From positions 17,711,443 through 17,768,146 of the forward strand of contig CM119270.1 in the NCBI GenBank assembly GCA_051294375.1: 56,704 nt of DNA, read 5' to 3'. The translations under genes and the position numbers were made by a program. This document shows, piece after piece, positions 10,561-22,766 of this stretch. Source of the stretch: Paraspadella gotoi. Its lineage: Eukaryota; Animalia; Chaetognatha. The stretch's first letter is position 1. Every line of letters starts with the position of its first letter. Under the pieces are notes generated by a model that made no database searches, was not told where the DNA came from, and was given only the letters and a program-made list of their open reading frames with translations.

Positions 10561-13021
10561 TTTCTTCTATTTTTTTCTCTCTCTCCTTCTCCTCACTCTC
10601 TCTCTCCTCTCTCTCTCTTCCTACCTCCTCTCTCTCTTTATCTCACTCTCCATCTCTCTCTCTCCTCTCTCCAAATCCTCCTCTCTCTCTCTCTGATCCC
10701 CAAGTTTCTTGTCCAAGAATTTTCAACTTGTCCCTTTATTTTCATCTTTATTTTTCCTTTTTCCTTCTTCGTCTCTTTTTCTTCCTCCTACCTTTCTTCT
10801 TTTCTCCTTCCTTTTTTTTTCTACTCACTTTTCCTTCTCACTATTCTATCCTACCTCCTTTCCCTTTTTCCTTCCCCCCCGATTCTTGGCAGTATCTTCG
10901 TTTTCTCCGGTTTCTTTTAAATGATTCTCTAACCGGTGAGAGAATTTTTTTGATTTTTCTCTTCTTCCCATTTCGTAGGATAAAAAGAAAATAGGGAAAT
11001 AAATCTCTTCCCGGGGGTACATCCTCAATTCTCTTCTCTCTCTCTCTCATCTCTTCCTCTCTCCCTCTCCTCTCTCGCTCTCCGCTTCTCTCTCATCCCC
11101 TCTCTCTCCTCTCCCTCTCTCTCTGCTCTCTCCATCTCAACGGCGGGTCTTACATATCAGGCACTAAAAAAGTAAACCATAACATCAAAAAACCAAAGGA
11201 TTTTTTTTTTAAGGGATCGGAAACGCGGGGATCTACAGGAAAATGTTAAAATTAAATGTCTAATCATTTGATTTTATGTATTTAGTTGTGATCTTCAACG
11301 GAAATGTCTTTTTTTTTATGCTAAATCCCATCGAATCAAAGAAACTCCAAGAAAGATCTTACATATGTATTTTTAAGTGATATATGTAGTAGACTAGTAG
11401 TAACAAAGCTATGTTGAATTTTAAAACTTTAAAAAGTATGCCAGCATAAAAGTTAGTCCTTAATTGACGTTTATCTCAAAGCCTTGCTCTGTCTCTACAA
11501 CTCACCCTTTAAACTCAATACAATAATCCATCCATAATACAAAAAATGACGTAATTCGGTAATTTCTCTACTTCCAGTAATAACTTAAAACATTATGATC
11601 AATAAATAATCAACCTTCTGGAAAATCTCACGAATATCTTACCCATCTTTCCAACACAACCCGTCCCACTCGACTCGTTTCCCCGTCACCAAATTATTCC
11701 CAAGTTACAAGGTCAACCACGCCCTCTTCCAACACCCCAAGAAACCGACTCACAGACCCGCTCAACACCCCGCGAAGACGGTCGGTCTGCATCTGCTCCA
11801 CCCAGATTTATATCTCTCCGTCCCCGAAGGACCGGATCCCCGATTCGCCGGACACGGAATCCGGAACGTCCGATTCCGGCAAAAGGAGCGCTCTAATTCC
11901 AGTAAAAAACTGGGCGCTCGATTTTACCGCGAAAAAAAAGTGTTTTATTCTGGCCGGAAATCCGTGCTGCTTTCTGCGGAAAAAAAATATCCGGAATTGG
12001 GCTTCACATGAATATGTTTTTTAAAATGTAGAATTAGTTTAGTTAATAAATTGCATAATATTTGTGTATTCATATTTTAAAGATTGAAAATCTGACGAGT
12101 AATTAATACAAATATAACTGACATAAACTATGAATTCATTTAAGAGAAAAAATCTATTTTAGTTTTTCTTCGTTTCCCTCGACGTCGTGTTTCCGCGGGG
12201 GAAAAATGCCACGGAAATCGGCTTTAAAATGACGGCCGAAGGCGCCGCCCAATTTTAGGTCGGGCGCGCCCATCGAGAAGGCGCGCGTGGCGATCCGTTC
12301 AAAGCGCCAATTCGAGATATCCGCTTTTTTTTCGCGCCATTTCCGTCCAGATTTTTTTTTTTTTTTTTTGCTTTGTGGAAAAAAAAACTATTGTGAATTT
12401 TATATATATTTTTAAAAGTTAATAATCAAATTAACTTGTTGATAAAATAAATTTATTCATTTCCCAAATAAATTTTGTTGCGTTCGAAAATAAATGATGC
12501 GCGAGTAAAATTTAAACATCTTGGTTTTAAGCGAGTAAGATCAACGAGTTTCCTATTTTCTGAAGACTCTCCTCAACAAAATGTCCTTTTTTTATTTCGT
12601 TATTTTTTTGTCTTTAAGTTTTAATTTCTTACTTTACTTTTTCTTTGTTTTTTCTTAGAAAATAATTAATTCAGGGACATTAAAGAAAGATATATTATGT
12701 TTTGGTCGTTAACATTAAATGTTATTGGTCGTTAACATTAATAATGTTATTGGGTCGTTAAATTAAAATTTTATTGGGTCGTACATCCGCGCCATCTTGA
12801 CGACGGACGGCGTTTCTTAAGCGACCAAAGACGCTTTTCTTCTTAGCGACGAGAGCCCTGAATCGATCCAGCGTTCAGTCTCCATGCGCCTTCAAAACAA
12901 CCGAAGAAACGAGGACGGATAGAGAACGAGAGAGCGAGAGAGAGCGAGACGAAGACAGGGAAGAGAAAGGCGACGTCAGCCGCGGGGAGCGAACTTGTCG
13001 TTAAATTCTCCCTCCCCCGCT

Positions 13022-13061
<40 letters not shown>

Positions 13062-13857
13062 GAGGAGAGAGGAAGAGAGAAGAGAGAGAAGAGAGGAGAG
13101 AGAGAGATAGAGAGAGAGAGACGGGGCGCTAAGACGATTGAGAAAAAGAATCGTCGATTAGTTTTTTGAATTTTGAAAAGATTTCCAGTGTATTTTTTTT
13201 TTTAATTTTTTTCGCGGACGGGGTGGATTGTCAATGTCGTTCTCGGGAAGAATAAATATTTTATTAATAATACAACATTTAATCCTAAACGTTTAAAGTC
13301 AAAGGCTTTCGCTCTCGTTCAACCTTCGCTCTGGGATCTTGGGACTTTTTCAAGTCTTACGACGTCCCTCCCGTTGGCGGAAAAAACTCTCTCGGCTCTC
13401 ACTCTCTCCTCTCTCTCTCTCATCTCTCTCTTCCTAGAAAGTCACAGTGTTTCGCCCTTCCACCACGTTGAAAATATGGTTAGAATCGGCGCACCAACCT
13501 TTCCTCATTTGGTGAGACCTAGCCCGCAAAGTCACGTGATTCGCGACTAAGAAAAGTAAGACGAATTTGGTCCGGGAAAATCGAAAGCGTCGCGCCTTCC
13601 TGATGGACGACGCTAATCGTCTCCCGGGCGAGTTCGAGCCGTGATGGTGGTGACCACGACCGAACGCTTCTCTTTGTCCGCTGGGGAGGTGACAAGGGTA
13701 AGCTGAAATTCTCGAGTGAGTGATCCCGATTGGTCGCGCGTTGAGACCAATTTCCTTATTGGTCGAAGAACGATTTCTCGCTATTTTTGTCCTGGTCACA
13801 ATTCCTTTTCGTGTCGGCGCGAGTTTCTCACGCGAGGGATGAGAGAGAGAGAGAGAG

Positions 13858-13924
<67 letters not shown>

Positions 13925-14567
13925 ACGGAAGCGGGGGAGAAGATAAACGGAAATAGGAAAAGAGATGCCGGAAAGAGGAAAAACCGACGGTGTGGTCGAG
14001 AAATAAAAATGGAAATGGAATTGGAAAGGCGGGAAGGAAAGGAAAGAAAGGAAGAACGGAGGAAAGAAAAAAGAAAAGGAAAATAAAAGAAAAGGGAAAG
14101 AAGAAAAAACGGAGGAAAAAGAAAGAAGTGAAAATGGAGGAAAGTTAAAGAAGGGGTAAATGGAAGGAAAGGAAAGAAGGTTTAATGGAGAAAATAAGAG
14201 CAGAAAATGGAGGAAAGGAAAGAAGGGGTTAATGAGGAAAGAAAGAAGCGGAAAAATGAAGAAAAGGAAGAAGGGGTAAATGTAGGAAGGAAAGAATAGA
14301 AAAACGGAAGAAAAAAAGAAATGGAAAAAGCAGAAAGGAAAAGAGGAAAAAGAGGAGGGAAGGAAAAAGAACACAAGATAAAGAAAAGAAAAAAACAGGA
14401 GAAATAGAATCATGAACAGGAGAATACCTAAATGGAGAACAAAAAAGGAGAATGCAACTTGAATAAGTAAAAGAAGCGTGAAAAGTTAGGAAGTGGAAAG
14501 AGTACAATCCTTTAAATGAACGAGCTTATTTCACCTCTCGGAACAGAGGAGTAACTTTCTTTTTGTT

Positions 14568-14620
<53 letters not shown>

Positions 14621-14670
14621 AGAGAGAGAGAGAGAGAGAGATGAAAGAAAAGCTGATTGAGGACGAAATA
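10560..14670 (+). repeat. Second forward copy of unit A (~4920-9055 equivalent), indel-rich
   Basis: Colinear direct matches: 11161 GCACTAAAAAAG ~ 5474; 11880 AAAAGGAGCGCTCT ~ 6212; 12900 ~ 7260; 13220 GGGGTGGATTGTCAATGTCG ~ 7582. Confidence 0.9.
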
Positions 14671-14727
14671 TACGACCGAGTCACCACGCTTTCTTTCTCT
14701 CTCCTCTCTCTCGTCTCTCTACATCTC

Positions 14728-14759
<32 letters not shown>

Positions 14760-15478
14760 CTTCTCTCTCTCTCTCTCTATACAAAAAAGAAATTAACTCC
14801 TCATGTTCCGAGAAGGTAAAATTAAAGCTCGTTCATTTAAGGACTTGTACTCTTCCACTTTCTAACCTTTCACTCTTCTTTTACTTTCAAGTCATTCTCC
14901 CTTTTTTGATTCTCCTTTGGTATCTCCTTTCATGATCTATATTCCATTGTTTTTTGCTCTTTTCTTTATCCTGTGTTTCCTTTTTCCTATCCTCCTCTTT
15001 CCCTCTTTCCTTTCCTGCTTTTTTTCTTTCTTTCGCTTTTCTCCGTTTTCTATTCTTTCCTCCACATTTACCCTTCCTCCTTCTTCCATTCGCTTCTTTC
15101 TTTCCTCCATTTACACCCTTTTCTTTCCTTTCCCTCATTTTCTGCTTCTTTATTTTCCTCCATTAACCCCTTCTTTCCTTTCCTCCATTACTCACTTCTT
15201 TAAACTTTCCTCCAATTTTCCACTTCTTTCTTTTCCTCGTTTTTTCCTTCTTTCCTTTCTCCTTTTATTTCCTTTCTTTTTCTTTCCTCCGTCTTCCTTC
15301 TTTCCTTCCTCCCCGCCTTTCCAATTCCATCCATTTTTATTTCTCGGTCCACCAACCGTCGTTTTCCTCTTTTTCCGCACTTTTCCTATTCCCGTTTATC
15401 TTCCTCCCCCGCTTCCCGTTCTCCTTCTCTCTCTCTCTCTCTCTCTCTCTTCCTCTCTCTCTCTCTCTTCTTCTCTCT

Positions 15479-15512
<34 letters not shown>

Positions 15513-16305
15513 ACGCGTGAGAAACTCGCGCGCGAACGCGAAAAGAATTTGACAGGACAAAAATAGCGAGAAATCGTCTCGACCAAATAAGAAAATGTGG
15601 CTCTCAATCGCGCGGACCAATCGGGATCATTCACACGAGAATTTCAAAGGGCTTACCCTTGTCACCTCCCAGTCGACCAAAAGAGAACGCGTTCGGCTCG
15701 TGTCTCCACCAATCAGCGGCTCGAACTCGCCCCGGGAGACGAAAGCGTCTCCAATCAGAAGGCCGTCGGACGCTTTCGTTTCCCGGGACCAATCCGTCTT
15801 AACTTTCTAGTCGCGAATCACGTGATTGCGGCTAGGTCTCGACCAATGAAGGAAAGGTGGTTTCGCGATTCTAACCAATCAACGTGGTGGAAAGGGCGAA
15901 ACCACGTCGACTTTCTAGGAGAGAGAGAGGGAAGAGAGAGAGAGGAGAGAGATGAGGGAGCGAGAGAGTTTTTTCCGCAAACGGGAGACGCGAAGAGACT
16001 GAAAACGTACCAAAAGATCCCAGAAGTCGAAGTTGAAGAGCGAAGCCTGCTTGGACTTTTTTTATAAACAGTTGATAAATGTTGTAAATTATTAATAAAA
16101 TAATTTATTCTTCCCGAGAAAACGACATTGACAATCCACCCCCGTCCCGAAAAGAATTAAAAAAAATACAACGGAAATTCTTTTTCCAAAAATTCAAAAA
16201 AAACTAATCGACGTTCTCGTTTTCTCAATCGTTTAGCGCCGTCTCTCTCCTCTAAAATCTCCCTCTCCCTCTCTCTCTCTCTCTCCCTCTCTCTCTCCTC
16301 TCTCT

Positions 16306-16337
<32 letters not shown>

Positions 16338-16417
16338 CTCTCTTGCGGGGCGATGCGGAAGAATTAAACGACAAGTTCGTTCCGCGGCTGACGTCGCTTT
16401 CTCTCTCCCTTCTTTCG
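13808..16417 (-). repeat. Apparently exact reverse-complement copy of 7307-9916
   Basis: ORF-track pairs have identical translations and a constant coordinate sum of 23724 (7657..8127/15597..16067, 8172..8807/14917..15552, 9217..9495/14229..14507). Each copy ends at a 25-N gap (9917-9941; 16418-16442). Confidence 0.93.
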
Positions 16418-19400
16418 NNNNNNNNNNNNNNNNNNNNNNNNNGCTCTCTCTCGCTCTCTCGCTCTCTATCCCGTCCTTTCGTTTCTGCGGTGAAGCGACA
16501 TGGAGACTGACCGCTGGATCGATTCAGCCTCTCCGTCGCTTAAGAAGAAAAGCGTCTTTGGTCGCTTAGAAACGCGTCCGTCGTCAAGATGGCGCGGAAT
16601 GTTAACGACCCAATAAACATTATTAATGTTAACGACCCAATAAACATTATTAATGTTAACGACCAAATAAATATTATCTTTTCTTTAATTTTCGTCCCTC
16701 GAAATTATTTTTAATTTGCTAAGAAAAAACAAAGAAAAAAAGATATAGTAAGAAATAAAACTTTAAAAGACAAAAATAACGAAAATAAAAACGGACATTT
16801 TTTGTGAGTCTTCAGAAAATAGGAAACCTCGTTGAAATCTTACTCACTATATAAACCAAGATGTAAAATTTACTCGCGCATCAATTATTTCGAACGCAAC
16901 AACATATTTTTTAATGGGAAAATGAATAAATTTATTCTATCATACAGCTAATTTTGATTATTTAACTTTAAAAATATATAAAATGCACAATAGTTTGTTT
17001 GTTTTTTTCCACAAAAAAAAATCCCGGACGAAATGGCGCGAAAAAAAGCGGAATCCTCGAATTGGCGCTTGGAAACGGGATCCGCACGCGCGCCTTCTCG
17101 ATGGGCGCGCCCGACCTAATGGGGCGGCGCCTTCCGGCCGTCATTTTAACGCCGATTCCCGTGGCATTTTTCCCCCGCGGAATCACGCGTCGAGGGAAAC
17201 CGAAGAAAAAGCTAAAAATAGATTTTTTTCCCTCTTAAATGAATTTATAGTATTTGTATTTTGTAGTATAATTTGTAATTAAGTTAACGTCTACGTATTT
17301 TTCATTTAAAAAAATATAGAATAACACAAAATATTATTGCCAAATTGTTATTAACTAAACTTAATTCTACCATTCTACATTTTCATGTGAAGCCAATTCC
17401 CGGATATTTTTTCCCCGGCAGAAAGCAGCACGGATTTCCGGCAGAATAAAACACTTTTTTTTTCTCGGTAAAATCGAGCGCCGTTTTTACTGGAAATAGA
17501 GCGCTCCTTTTGCCGGAAATCGAGACGTTCCGGATCCGAGTTCCGGCGGAATCGGGGAAATCCCGGTCCTCGGGGACGGATAAATCTCTGGGTGGAGCAG
17601 AAATGGCAGACCGACCGTCTCGCGGGGTGTTGAGGGGGTCTGTGAGTCGGGTTCTTGGGGTGTTGAAGAGGGGGCGGTGGTGAACTTGTAACTTGGGATA
17701 ATTTGAGTTTGACGGGAAACGAGTTCGAGTGAGTGACGGGTTGTGTTTGGGAAAGGATTGGGTAAGTATCTCGTGAGATTTTTCCAGAAGGTTGGATTAT
17801 TTTATTGTCATTAATGTTTAAAGTTATTACTGGAAGTAGAGAAATTACCGGAATTACTGTAATTTTTGTTATTACTGGAATTATTGTATTGAGTTTAAAG
17901 AGAGCGTGAGTTGTAGGAAAGGACAGAGCAAGGCCTGAGATAGATCGTCAATTAAGACTAACTTTTATGCTTGGCATACTTTTTAAAAGTTTTAAAATCA
18001 ACAGTAGCTTTGGATATATTACTACTAGTCTACTACATACATCACTTAAAAATACATGTAAGATTTCTAAGAGGTTTTCTTGATTCTATGAGGATTTAAG
18101 CATAAAAAAAAAGACATTTCCTTGAAGTCACAAACTAAATATATAAAATCAATTGATAGAGACATTTAATTTTAACAATTCTACGTAAGACTCCGCGTTC
18201 GATCTTAAAAAAAATCCAAATTTTTGGTTTTGATGTTAATGGTTTATCTTTTTTAGTGCTTGAATATGTAGACGCGTTTGAAGGATGAGAGAGAGAGAGA
18301 GAGAGAGAGANNNNNNNNNNNNNNNNNNNNNNNNNNNNNNNNNNNNNNNNNNNNNNNNNNNNNNNNNNNNNNNNNNNNNNNNNNNNNNNNNNNNNNNNNN
18401 NNNNNNNNNNNNNNNNNNNNNNNNNNNNNNNNNNNNNNNNNNNNNNNNNNNNNNNNNNNGATTTATTTCTATCTTTCCCTTTTTTATCTTCGAAATGGAA
18501 GAAAATCAAAAAAATTCTCTCACGTAGAAGAATCATTTAAAAAAGCGAAACCGCGAAACCCGAAGACTCACCTGCCAAGAATTTCGGGGGAGGAAAGGAA
18601 AAAGGAAAGGAGGTAGATAGATNNNNNNNNNNNNNNNNNNNNNNNNNNNNNNNNNNNNNNNNNNNNNNNNNNNNNNNNNNNNNNNNNNNNNNNNNNNNNN
18701 NNNNNNNNNNNNNNNNNNNNNNNNNNNNNNNNNNNNNNNNNNNNNNNNNNNNNNNNNNNNNNNNNNNNNNNNNNNNNNNNNNNNNNNNNNNNNNNNNNNN
18801 NNNNNNNNNNNNNNNNNNNNNNNNNNNNNNNNNNNNNNNNNNNNNNNNNNNNNNNNNNNNNNNNNNNNNNNNNNNNNNNNNNNNNNNNNNNNNNNNNNNN
18901 NNNNNNNNNNNNNNNNNNNNNNNNNNNNNNNNNNNNNNNNNNNNNNNNNNNNNNNNNNNNNNNNNNNNNNNGAAAAAAAAATAAGGAGTTTAGGGAAAAA
19001 TGAAAAGAGAAAGAAAATAATAAAAATAGGAAGTGGAAGTATAAAAAAAAAACTAAAGCACAAATGGAGGAAAGGATAGAAGGAAAAAAGTTTAAAAAAT
19101 GAATGAGAGAGAGAGAATAAAAAAAATAATAAAAAAGAGAGAGTGACTGCATCAGATTACGACATAATAGGATATATTGTAGATAACGATATATATTATA
19201 GAGAGAACGTTTGACGATGTCACATATGTGGATAGAAGAGATTATTGTACAGTGTTATTATTATATATTGGTTATATGTGTGATTAGTAGTATATGGCAG
19301 CTTGAGCGGCTTTAGATGAGATATAGAGATGAGACAAGACATGGATGATAGTTGATAAAGCTATTATTATGTCCTACAAAAAAGTGTAAGAAGATATGGT

Positions 19401-21485
19401 GTATGAGTAGCAGAGCACGGAGATATATAATATTATATATATTATATACGTATTATGTATATATATATATTATGTATTATTAGAGAGAGAGAGAGAGGTC
19501 TCCGCTTATGAGGATACGAAGAAATTGAGCCAGATTCGCGAGGGACGAGAGAGAAGAGAAGAGAGAGAGAGGGAGAGAGAGGGAGGAGGAGAGAGAGAGC
19601 ACGCAAGCTACATAGATTGAGACGAGAAATGTGATATTGCTAAAGACCTCCTGTCCCCACCAAAACNNNNNNNNNNNNNNNNNNNNNNNNNAAAAAATAG
19701 CGTAGATATTGGAAAGTGATTAAATTAGGGAGAAGAAAATTTCCTTCTTCAAATATAGTTTTATATTCATGCGCCTGGAGCAATATGTTTAAAGATTGGC
19801 AGCCGGTGAAAACAATTCAAAAAAAAGTTGTTAAAAGTAAACACTACTACAAAGAATGATAATAAATTTTAATTCGTTATCGTGGAAAAAATTAAGTTTT
19901 TTTTTTGTCGAACGCGGAGTCCAACATATTAAAACAGTAAAACAATTTTGCGGTAAAAATCGTATAACAACCAAAGAACAATTGATGATTCTCATCCCCT
20001 TCTCCCCTTTGGAAAAATATGAAAGCTGCAAACACTAATACTGTTCACCGACCAAATCACTAAAAACTATAAGAAATCACAAAACGAAACTAAATGTTGT
20101 CAAGCGTACTACGTTCGTTATCGCCATCAAATCTATTTTAATCGCCCCGAATACAAAAATCCTTTCTGTCAAAAAATTCATGAAACCCTTTTTATTTTGT
20201 GATACCGTGAAGGAACATAAAATAACATTATCTCGTGCATCTTGTACTTATCGATAAGTAATAAATATTCGTTGAAGACAAAAAAGAAAGAAAAAGAAGG
20301 AAGAAAAAAAACTTTGGAAAGTCTCTCACTCTCAGCGTCTCTCTCTCTCTTTCTTTCTCTCGCCTTCTCACTCAATCTCACTCTCTCTCACTCTCTCTCT
20401 CGCTCGCTTGCACTCACGCACAAAAATAAAAAAGTTGCAAAATATAACACAAGGGAAATAAAAAAGGAAACAAAGTCGTGATAAAAAAAGGAAACAATAG
20501 AAAAAACAGAGAAAAAGGAAACAGAGACTGAAAACAAAACAAGAAACAACCAACCAAAAAAAAAGGAGAAATGTAATAAAAAAAAATAAGGAAAAAAAAA
20601 GGAAAATAAGGAGAGAGAAAAAAATGGATTAAGCGTCTGAAAAAAAAAACGTCAACGACTTTGAATCCAATGAATAAAATCAAGGAAAAGTCAACGACAA
20701 CAACAACAACAACAACGGTAATAAAAACGAAGACAACAACTGCAAAAAATTGCAACAAAAAACAAACAAAACAAAAAACAAAAACAGAAAGCCAATCTGG
20801 GAGAAAAATGATTTTAATCTGTAAAAATGTAAAAGAGACAAAATAAAAAACAAAACAAAAAGGAAAAAAATTCCTGGAACTTTCTTTTCCCTTTTTCCGC
20901 CAGTTCTTAAACAGACGGCGCCGGAGACGCCGCTTTTTGCCAGAAAGACGCCGCTTTTAAACCATCGACTTTCACGGCGTCAAAACTTAAGGACGATGCG
21001 TCCGTCCGTACGATCGACTCTCGCGGCGAAACAGACGTCCGTACGCCCTTTGACTAAAGACGGACGGAAATTCTTCGATCAGTACGCGGTCGGTTAGCGC
21101 ACCTACGTTCGTCCGTACGTCCCGCGCCGCCCGTACACGCGAGATTCTTTCCAATTTAAAAGGAGATGCTGTTGGGTCAATGTGCTGTTTTTGGGTTCGA
21201 CGCAAAACGAAACGAAGGGAAAAAAAAGAAAGATAAGAAAATCCATGATTTCTGATCGTTGTCGGTTTTTTGTCGGTTAAATGTCGACAGTCAGAATAAA
21301 AGAAGAGAATGAAAAGACATCTAATTAATTGCCTCTCTAATATATTAGGCAATGATATTGAATTAAAAGAACGAACAAAATAAATCCAAAAAATAAATTG
21401 ATTTCTGAGAAAAGGAACCTAAATTCTGAGAAATTCGTTACGCAAAGAAAGAAAAAAAGCCAAAAGTCAAAAAATATGTAAAGCC
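14670..21485 (-). repeat. Full inverted copy of unit A (9055 back to ~2745)
   Basis: Colinear reverse-complement matches; the match ends near AAAAGTCAAAAAATATGTAAAGCCC (~21485) vs GGGTTACATATTTGACC (~2744). Confidence 0.9.
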
Positions 21486-22723
21486 CCCCACCCTCCCCGT
21501 CGTGATCTGCTCACCAAAGCAAAACGACTTGACGAAACATTTTAATGCTCCGATTCAACAGCTTGCCAAATCCGTTCTATGGTTACATAATCCGGTTCTA
21601 TGTTACATAATATCCGAATATTCTATGTTTCATAAATCGCGGCTTCTTGGCCACTCGGCGCTCAAATCCCGATTTTTTTTGTTCCTTTCCATTACCCGCC
21701 CTCCGCCTCTATTGCCCCCTGTCCCGCCCTGCCCCTGCTGCCTCCTCTCCCTCCTCCGCCTCCCCGCCTCCTGCCTCTCCTCCCCTCCAGCACGAAATCT
21801 CCGTCGTTAACGAGATTAATACTTCAGAGATTATATTTTGGGAGATCAGCTGCAAAGAAAAAAAAACCAGCGCCCTGTAACCAGAGAGATAATGAGACAC
21901 AGATAGAGAAGAGACGGCGAGAGAGACAGATCCAACGAGGAAACATGTGCTTTAACTCGCCGGGAGCGATCTTCTGATCTCTCTCTTCAAATTCGCTATC
22001 ACGTTTTTTCTCTCTCCTCTCTCCTAAATCGTTATCTCTCCTCTCTTCTACCTTATCCTTACTGGTCCCACTCCAGNNNNNNNNNNNNNNNNNNNNNNNN
22101 NTACGAAATATAAACAAATGAACAGAAAACAAAAACCAAAATAAAAAGTAAAAATCAAGCGGCAATTTCCGTGTCCGATTTTTCCTCGGTCGACGACGAA
22201 ACAAAAAAAAAANNNNNNNNNNNNNNNNNNNNNNNNNNNNNNNNNNNNNNNNNNNNNNNNNNNNNNNNNNNNNNNNNNNNNNNNNNNNNNNNNNNNNNNN
22301 NNNNNNNNNNNNNNNNNNNNNNNNNNNNNNNNNNNNNNNNNNNNNNNNNNNNNNNNNNNNNNNNNNNNNNNNNNNNNNNNNNNNNNNNNNNNNNNNNNNN
22401 NNNNNNNNNNNNNNNNNNNNNNNNNNNNNNNNNNNNNNNNNNNNNNNNNNNNNNNNNNNNNNNNNNNNNNNNNNNNNNNNNNNNNNNNNNNNNNNNNNNN
22501 NNNNNNNNNNNNNNNNNNNNNNNNNNNNNNNNNNNNNNNNNNNNNNNNNNNNNNNNNNTTATTTATTTACTTAGTTTATATGATCGTCGTTAGAGGAAAA
22601 GAGGAAACTCTTGTTCGAGAAAGTTGAGTCTTTTTAGGAAAGCTTCTTGCTGCAACGAGCAAGCAGCTTGGAGTTAACCAAAAAAAGGAAAAGCGAACCA
22701 AAAGATCGAGATCGTTTGGGGCT

Positions 22724-22766
22724 GCAAGCAAGCGAGCAAGCAAGCGAGCAAGCAAGCGAGCAAGCA
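22724..22766. repeat. (GCAAGCAAGCGA)n 12-bp minisatellite
   Basis: Direct reading, about 3.5 units. Confidence 0.8.

Noticed and set aside
16500-16616. Short ORF METDRWIDSASPSLKKKSVFGRLETRPSSRWRGMLTTQ
   Set aside because: Only 38 codons, the frame differs among copies, and there is no splice donor or recognisable homology.
2745-21485. Giant TIR transposon (Polinton/Foldback) interpretation of the inverted repeat
   Set aside because: The interior is only further copies of the same unit; there is no transposase, integrase or polymerase ORF and no TSD.
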